Source: Candidatus Harrisonbacteria bacterium (GTDB lineage Bacteria; Patescibacteriota; Minisyncoccia; UBA6257; 1-14-0-10-40-38). Taken from it: a DNA stretch of 64,000 nucleotides. A model generated the notes under the pieces. The model searched no databases and was not told where the DNA came from. It worked only from the letters and a program-made list of their open reading frames with translations. Location: contig JAHFLD010000002.1 in NCBI GenBank assembly GCA_023245035.1, positions 1,501 through 65,500 on the forward strand. Direction: 5' to 3'. A program made the translations under genes and the position numbers. This document shows, one piece after another, positions 58,861 to 64,000 of this stretch (position 1 is the stretch's first letter; each line of letters starts with the position of its first letter).

Positions 58861-59379
58861 ATGCTTACAAAACAACAAAAGAAAGAGGAAGTTTCCGCGG
58901 ATAGAACTTTGATTGCCGGAAGCGCCAATCTGATTTTTGCGGATTTTACCGGCGTGCCGACGCTTGCCATTCATAAGTTGAAGACGGCGCTTAAAGCGTC
59001 CGGAGCCAAGTATCGAGTAATTCGCAAGCGACTTTTTGCCGTGGCGCTAAAAGAACAGGGGATTGAGTTTGATCCTTTGCAATTTTCCGCTCAGTTCGGA
59101 GTGGTGTTCGTGCCAAGCGAACTTGGCCCGGCGGCTTCGGCGGTTTATAAGTTTAGCAAGGAGTTGTTAAAAGACGCCAAGAAGGAGTTCAAAGTTTTGG
59201 GCGCGTATGACACTGTGTCGCGTGCGTTTGTGCCGGTCGCGCAGTTTAACGTGATTGCCCAGTTGCCGTCGCGCGAGGTATTGCTTGGTCAGGTGGTTGG
59301 TACGATGATTGCTCCGCTTAAGGCCTTCATGAATATTGTCGATCAGCTGGCGAAACGCGAGGTCGCGCCACAGAATTAA
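58861..59379 (+). CDS. rplJ: 50S ribosomal protein L10
   Basis: [26 protein letters not shown]; upstream of rplL. Confidence 0.93.
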   Translation: MLTKQQKKEEVSADRTLIAGSANLIFADFTGVPTLAIHKLKTALKASGAKYRVIRKRLFAVALKEQGIEFDPLQFSAQFGVVFVPSELGPAASAVYKFSKELLKDAKKEFKVLGAYDTVSRAFVPVAQFNVIAQLPSREVLLGQVVGTMIAPLKAFMNIVDQLAKREVAPQN

Positions 59380-59408
59380 AAGCAAAATTAGAAAATAATA
59401 ATAAAAAT

Positions 59409-59777
59409 ATGGATCAAAAAATGCAGGACATTATAGGGATGGTGGAGAAATTGACCGTGACGGAATTAGCGGCCCTAGTTAAGGCCATGGAGGAGAAGTT
59501 CGGTGTTTCGGCGGCGATGCCGATGGCGGCCGCGGGAGCGGCGGTGGCGGCCGAGGCCGAAGAGAAGACTGCTTGGGATGTGATGCTTAAGGAGGGAGGC
59601 GGGCAAAAAATTCAGGTCATTAAGGTTTTGCGCGAGGTGACCGGCTTGGGCCTTAAAGAGGCCAAGGATTTGGTGGATGCCGCGCCAAAAGTGGTGAAGA
59701 CCGGACTCAAGAAAGACGAGGCCGAGGACTTGAAGAAGAAGTTGGAAGCGGCTGGCGCGACGGTGGAATTGAAATAA
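59409..59777 (+). CDS. rplL: 50S ribosomal protein L7/L12
   Basis: [40 protein letters not shown]. Confidence 0.98.
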   Translation: MDQKMQDIIGMVEKLTVTELAALVKAMEEKFGVSAAMPMAAAGAAVAAEAEEKTAWDVMLKEGGGQKIQVIKVLREVTGLGLKEAKDLVDAAPKVVKTGLKKDEAEDLKKKLEAAGATVELK

Positions 59778-59798
59778 AATTTTGCCGGCCGAGTTGAT

Positions 59799-59830
59799 AA
59801 AAACACCCCGATTTGCTTCGGGGTGTTTTT
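59799..59830 (+). terminator. Rho-independent terminator of rplJL
   Basis: aaaaacaccccga-tttgct-tcggggtgttttt. Confidence 0.8.
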
Positions 59831-59856
59831 ATTTGTATGCTCAAGATTATCTTCCA

Positions 59857-59928
59857 GCGCTTTTAGCTCAGTGGTAGAGCGTTCCGTTCACATCGGAAAG
59901 GTCGCAGGTTCGATCCCTGCAAAGCGCA
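59857..59928 (+). tRNA. tRNA-Val(CAC)
   Basis: Acceptor GCGCTTT/AAAGCGC, anticodon arm TTCCG-TTCACAT-CGGAA, discriminator A; no encoded CCA. Confidence 0.93.
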
Positions 59929-59934
59929 CAATTT

Positions 59935-60408
59935 CTAATTTTTCTCGCTTTCAAAGGAATTCAAGATAATGTCTCGGATTTTTTGGCCGGAAAATTCCGA
60001 GTTTGCAACTTTTTTGGGGATTGATATTTCAATCGCGCCGTTTGATATTCGGAAGTTGATAATTTCACCACCAGCTGTGTTTTTTTCGGTGAAATAGGGA
60101 ACACCTTGAGGATTGATTGGTTGAGATGGCCAAAATTCCGGAGTTACTTTCATCAGCTTTTCGCGAATGGTTATTTGGCGTGATTCCAATTTTTGGGTGT
60201 AGGTGATGCTGTTGGAGTCCGTGGTAATCGACCAGTTGTCAAAAAGCGGATAATCAAAAGAGAAGGAATTATCTTCACTCACAAAGTGAACAATCTGATT
60301 TTGCATAAATAGGTTTTGTTTTGTGATTAGGCGCTCTATTCCATAAACCAGCGATATGCTGATAGCTAGGATAAAAACTCCTTTTAATGTTTTTAGCCGG
60401 ACATTCAT
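59935..60408 (-). CDS. Membrane-anchored hypothetical protein, PsbP-like motif
   Basis: N-terminal TM, FSFDYP...W, C-terminal IILNSF; AT-rich. Confidence 0.65.
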   Translation of the reverse strand: MNVRLKTLKGVFILAISISLVYGIERLITKQNLFMQNQIVHFVSEDNSFSFDYPLFDNWSITTDSNSITYTQKLESRQITIREKLMKVTPEFWPSQPINPQGVPYFTEKNTAGGEIINFRISNGAIEISIPKKVANSEFSGQKIRDIILNSFESEKN

Positions 60409-60519
60409 ATTCTGTTCATCTGTTCTTTATTGTAACACGCGCGTTTTTTGTGCTATTTTCTAAATAGCACTTCTTGATCCACTCATCGACCGGATTTTTC
60501 CAAGCGAAAGGAGTTTGGC

Positions 60520-60855
60520 GTGGCATCAGAAAGTTTTGGTTTTTTTGCTTGGCTGGTGGCGAAGCGAGCGCAACTTTTTTGCCTTGGAGCTTTTTTGTTT
60601 TTGATTCTGGTTGTCGGTTGGGTTGTGGATTCTGATTTGACCGCCAGACGAGAGCGGATGAGCGCCGACATTATCGCTTTGGAGGAGCGAGTTAAAAAAC
60701 TTGATCTACGGATTTTTTCTTTGAAGTTAGCTTTAGATGAGGCGCGGGCCAAGTCGATCACAGCTATTGATGAGACTTACAGCCGAGGATTTGATGAGCT
60801 TCAGAGGCGAATAGCGAAGATGGATTTTGAGCCAAGATTGCCCGAAAGCCGTTGA
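60520..60855 (+). CDS. Single-TM coiled-coil hypothetical protein
   Basis: AAGGAG SD, GTG start, terminator at ~60867-60900. Confidence 0.6.
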   Translation: MASESFGFFAWLVAKRAQLFCLGAFLFLILVVGWVVDSDLTARRERMSADIIALEERVKKLDLRIFSLKLALDEARAKSITAIDETYSRGFDELQRRIAKMDFEPRLPESR

Positions 60856-61091
60856 GTTGGTGATTGGTCCGCCGGATTGGTTTTCCCGGCGGCTTTTTTT
60901 GGCCAAGAGTTTTTGGTTTGCATTTTTTGGCCAATTTGCTATCCTGGGCTGGCGTTCTAAAAGGGCTCGTTGACATTATGTATAGGTCGCGGTGCTTGAG
61001 TTGGTTTAGTCGGATCGCGGTTTTAGGTTAAGCGTGTCGTTTTCGGAGAAGGTTTACTCATTGAGGGAAGCTCTTTCTAAGGAGGAGGTCT

Positions 61092-61487
61092 ATGAGAAAC
61101 GACTCGTCTGTTGAGGATGGGGTGGATACACTTCATCACAAACGCTACGCGGTTCAGATTTCGGCCAAGGGTACGTTGAAGGTGAATTCGGTTCCGGATG
61201 CGAGCAATAGTCAGAATTCCGATTCGCGGGGTCGGTTGTTCGCCATCAAGGCAAGCAATGTGGATGAACTGGCTCGGCCGAATGGGAAAGATTCCAAGTT
61301 TGGCCCGGGGGATGTTCTGGACGTGGAGTTGGATCGCGCTCAGGTTAGGATTGTGGGTTCGGGCTATGCGATACGCGCTTTGAGCGGTGTTGGCGTTGTG
61401 ATCTACGAAGGCGCTCGTCCTCGTATCCCTCGCCAGCTTGAGGATGCGTGTCCGCGAATCGCGCTTCTGCCTCGTTCTCCGTTTTAG
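61092..61487 (+). CDS. Hypothetical protein
   Basis: AAGGAGGAGG SD; terminator gccacagg...cctgtggc plus T-tract at 61505-61532. Confidence 0.6.
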   Translation: MRNDSSVEDGVDTLHHKRYAVQISAKGTLKVNSVPDASNSQNSDSRGRLFAIKASNVDELARPNGKDSKFGPGDVLDVELDRAQVRIVGSGYAIRALSGVGVVIYEGARPRIPRQLEDACPRIALLPRSPF

Positions 61488-61680
61488 GGAGTTTAGTACT
61501 TTTTGCCACAGGTTTTTAACCTGTGGCTTTTTGTATTTAGGGGTAAGAGAGTAATCTTGGGTGTGTATAACTTTTTATTTTCTTCTATTTCTGCTTATTT
61601 AGAGCCATTTTTTTGTTGATTTGCCTTGCTTGCTTGATGTTTTTGACCCAATGGGGAGCGGGGTATATACTTGGTGAAGA

Positions 61681-61735
61681 GTGGTGGGTTGTGGATAAGG
61701 GTGGGGATAAGTCCGGAATCTGGGGATAAGTGGGC
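61681..61735 (+). promoter_or_regulatory. MraZ-box array with an embedded DnaA box
   Basis: GTGG(G) units at ~10-bp period (61681, 61691, 61701, 61730); TGTGGATAA at 61690-61698; upstream of mraZ. Confidence 0.7.
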
Positions 61736-61884
61736 GCTCGGACACATCTCTCTCAAGAGACGGGATAACATCTTTTCCAACGAAGCTGTTTCCCTGTCTC
61801 TCGGCGAAATGATTTTGTTATTCAGCAAAAACCCAGCTCATTTCGCCTGCGAGAACCTCTTGAGGAGAGATGTGTCCTCGCTGG
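61736..61884 (+). repeat. Structured intergenic element, family C, copy 2
   Basis: GCTCGGAC...GTCCTCGCTGG ends; stem ggacacatctctctcaagag/ctcttgaggagagatgtgtcc. Confidence 0.7.
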
Positions 61885-62008
61885 GTGGTTGAGCGGAAAA
61901 CCGATCTTTTTAAGTTTCCGAGAGTTGCCCGCCTGTTCGGCGGGCAAGTCCCAAAATACAAGAATCCTCGCTGGGTGGAAGCCAATCCTTATTTTTTAAA
62001 AAATCAAA

Positions 62009-62440
62009 ATGTTCATCGGGGAATATCAACACAATATAGACGACAAGGGGAGAATGGCGTTGCCGGTAAAGTTTCGCAAGGATTTGACCGATGGCGCGAT
62101 TATCACCAAGGGATTGGATGCTTGTCTTTTTGTTTTTACCAAAGCCGAATGGGCCACTTTGGCGGCAAAATTGGCGCAGATGCCTTTGGCCAACGCTCCG
62201 GCCAGAGCTTTTGCCCGTTTAATGCTGGCCGGCGCGATGGATGTTGATATTGACGCGCAAGGCCGAGTGTTGGTGCCGGATTATCTTCGTAAATACGCGG
62301 GACTCAAGAAAGCCACGGTGATTGCCGGTGTGTATAGCCGACTGGAGATTTGGGACGAGGAAGCTTGGAATCGCTACAAGGGCAAGACGGAGTCGGCGTC
62401 GGATGAGATTGCCGAACAGCTTGGCGGTCTTGGTATCTAA
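62009..62440 (+). CDS. mraZ: Division/cell wall cluster transcriptional regulator MraZ
   Basis: MFIGEYQHNIDDKGR..LP.KFR, DAQGRVLVP, RLEIWD. Confidence 0.97.
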   Translation: MFIGEYQHNIDDKGRMALPVKFRKDLTDGAIITKGLDACLFVFTKAEWATLAAKLAQMPLANAPARAFARLMLAGAMDVDIDAQGRVLVPDYLRKYAGLKKATVIAGVYSRLEIWDEEAWNRYKGKTESASDEIAEQLGGLGI

Positions 62441-62446
62441 AAAAAT

Positions 62447-63364
62447 ATGCACACTCCAGTTTTAACCAATGAAGTTCTTGGTTTGCTTGATCCGAGGCCG
62501 GGACAATTTGTACTGGATGGAACCGTCGGTTCCGGCGGACACGCGCTTGAGTTGCTAAAAAAAATTCTTCCGGATGGAAAACTTTTGGCAATTGACGCGG
62601 ATCGATATTCTATTTTAGCGGCGGAACGGACGCTGGTCGCCGCCTTCGGGCGCGAGATTGTCGGCAGTCATGTGATTTTTGAACACGACACTTACGCGCG
62701 GGCGGCGCAGGCCGTTAGCCGTCATGGGTTTCCTTTGGTGCACGCCGCCTTGTTGGATCTGGGTTTTTCTTCCGATCAGATTGATTCGGCTGATCGTCCG
62801 CCACGCGGTTTTTCTTTTTTGTCTGATGAGCCATTGCTGATGACTTACAATGACGAGACGGTGGCGGTGCGGGATTTTTTACCGGAGTTGAGCGTTGCCG
62901 ACCTGGTAAAAATTCTTCGCGAATTTGGCGAAGAGAGGTACGCGATGAAAATCGCGACAGCGATCAAAGAACGCGAGCGAGTGCGCCCCTTTTTAACCAC
63001 GCGCGATTTGTCGGAAACCATTACCGCCGCGATTCCTCCGCGTTACGCGCGTGGCCGGATTCATCCGGCGACGCGAACTTTTATGGCTTTGCGGATTTAC
63101 GCCAACCAGGAGCTTAATCAGTTAAAACTTTTCTTGGCCGACATTTCTTTGATTGTGGCCACCGGAGGCCGGGTCGGAGTCATCTCCTTTCATTCATTGG
63201 AAGATCGCCTTGTAAAGCGCGACTTTTTGGCATTGGCAAAGGAAAATCGCGGGCGAATTATTACTAAAAAACCGGTAACCGCTTCGGCTAACGAGATCAG
63301 ACAAAATGCTCGCGCCCGTTCGGCAAAATTCCGCGTCTTGGAACTTGGTTCAAACACTTTATGA
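62447..63364 (+). CDS. rsmH: 16S rRNA m4C1402 methyltransferase
   Basis: MHTPVL..E, DGTVGSGGH, DLGFSS.Q, RGFSF, HPATRTF.ALRI..N.EL, ISFHSLEDR. Confidence 0.97.
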   Translation: MHTPVLTNEVLGLLDPRPGQFVLDGTVGSGGHALELLKKILPDGKLLAIDADRYSILAAERTLVAAFGREIVGSHVIFEHDTYARAAQAVSRHGFPLVHAALLDLGFSSDQIDSADRPPRGFSFLSDEPLLMTYNDETVAVRDFLPELSVADLVKILREFGEERYAMKIATAIKERERVRPFLTTRDLSETITAAIPPRYARGRIHPATRTFMALRIYANQELNQLKLFLADISLIVATGGRVGVISFHSLEDRLVKRDFLALAKENRGRIITKKPVTASANEIRQNARARSAKFRVLELGSNTL

Positions 63365-63678
63365 CCATCATGGCTTCAACTAAAAATCGATTTTGGCATT
63401 CGCCATTTATTCTTGGGCTTTTTGGCTTACTTATCCTCATCCTGATTACGGGAATTTCCTTGTATAATAGCAATGTTGATCTTAAACATCGGATCGCGGT
63501 GGCGGAAAAATCAACCGAACGCTTGCGAGTCGACAATGCCGATCTTAAGAATCAACTTTATCGTCTTCTCGATGCCTCCCATCTTTCCGCGGTGGCAGCC
63601 GATTCCGGTTTAGTGATTGAATCTTATCCCAGATATCTTACCGCTTTTCCAAAGCAGACTGCTTCGATTGGGCTATGA
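63361..63678 (+). CDS. ftsL: FtsL-like cell division protein
   Basis: Single TM plus leucine zipper, located between rsmH and the PBP gene. Confidence 0.7.
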   Translation: MTIMASTKNRFWHSPFILGLFGLLILILITGISLYNSNVDLKHRIAVAEKSTERLRVDNADLKNQLYRLLDASHLSAVAADSGLVIESYPRYLTAFPKQTASIGL

Positions 63679-64000
63679 AGTGGCGATTTTCTCTTATTTA
63701 TTTTGTTTTCTTTGCCTCGTTTGCGTTTCTGGCGTTTCATATATACAACCTGCAGATTGAGCAGGGTTCTTATTATCGCGCCAAGGCCGCGCAAAGAAAC
63801 ATTCCGGGTTTTCGTGACGACAGTCGCGGAACTATTTTTTTTAGGGATAAGTTTGATAATTTAATTCCGGTGGCGCTAACTAAAGAGTATCCGGTGGTGT
63901 ACGCCGTGCCAAAAGAAGTTGTGAATCCAAAAGCGACCGCCAAGAATTTGGCCCCGATTCTTGACATTGACGCGGAGCGACTGGCCGTGATGCTTGGCAA
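63675..64000 (+). CDS. ftsI: Class B penicillin-binding protein (FtsI-like), 3'-truncated
   Basis: Translated by hand: MKWRFSLIY..TM..YNLQI.QG.YY..A..RGTIFFRD..VAL..VYAVP; position in the dcw cluster. Confidence 0.85.
   Translation, partial: MKWRFSLIYFVFFASFAFLAFHIYNLQIEQGSYYRAKAAQRNIPGFRDDSRGTIFFRDKFDNLIPVALTKEYPVVYAVPKEVVNPKATAKNLAPILDIDAERLAVMLG

Noticed and set aside
61562-61698. DnaA boxes as oriC
   Set aside because: Only two boxes were seen, dnaA/dnaN are absent, and the context is the mraZ promoter.

Overview
This 64-kb window reads as chromosomal DNA of a Patescibacteria (CPR) bacterium, most likely Parcubacteria. It uses the standard code, and most genes lie on the + strand. It opens inside a giant Ser/Thr/Asn-rich surface protein (at least 2242 aa) with tail-fibre-like modules, followed by dockerin-, cohesin- and Ig-like envelope genes. 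Next come tRNA-Ser, a tandem-domain ThyX-like gene, comF, and a type IV pilus locus with no secretin gene (pilMNO, pilB, pilT, pilC, two major pilins, pilD, four minor pilins). The rest is housekeeping genes: ligA, gatCA, murD, a single-chain PheRS, gyrB, secE-nusG-rplK, gatB, thrS, dnaE, rpmF-nusB-rnc-smc, rpsP-khpA-trmD, rplJL and mraZ-rsmH-ftsL-ftsI, plus four more tRNAs, interspersed with solitary orphan genes. The most unusual signal is non-coding: three families of 105-150 bp structured intergenic elements whose helices are kept through compensatory changes. One family sits behind tRNA-Asp, tRNA-CAT and rplK, each time flanked by an inverted copy and a direct copy of that gene's own 3' end. 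Also notable are a mitochondrial-type monomeric PheRS, a short SMC with no recognisable hinge, a non-canonical initiator tRNA and a boxA-like motif at several predicted transcription starts. All calls come from reading the sequence; no database searches or folding programs were run.
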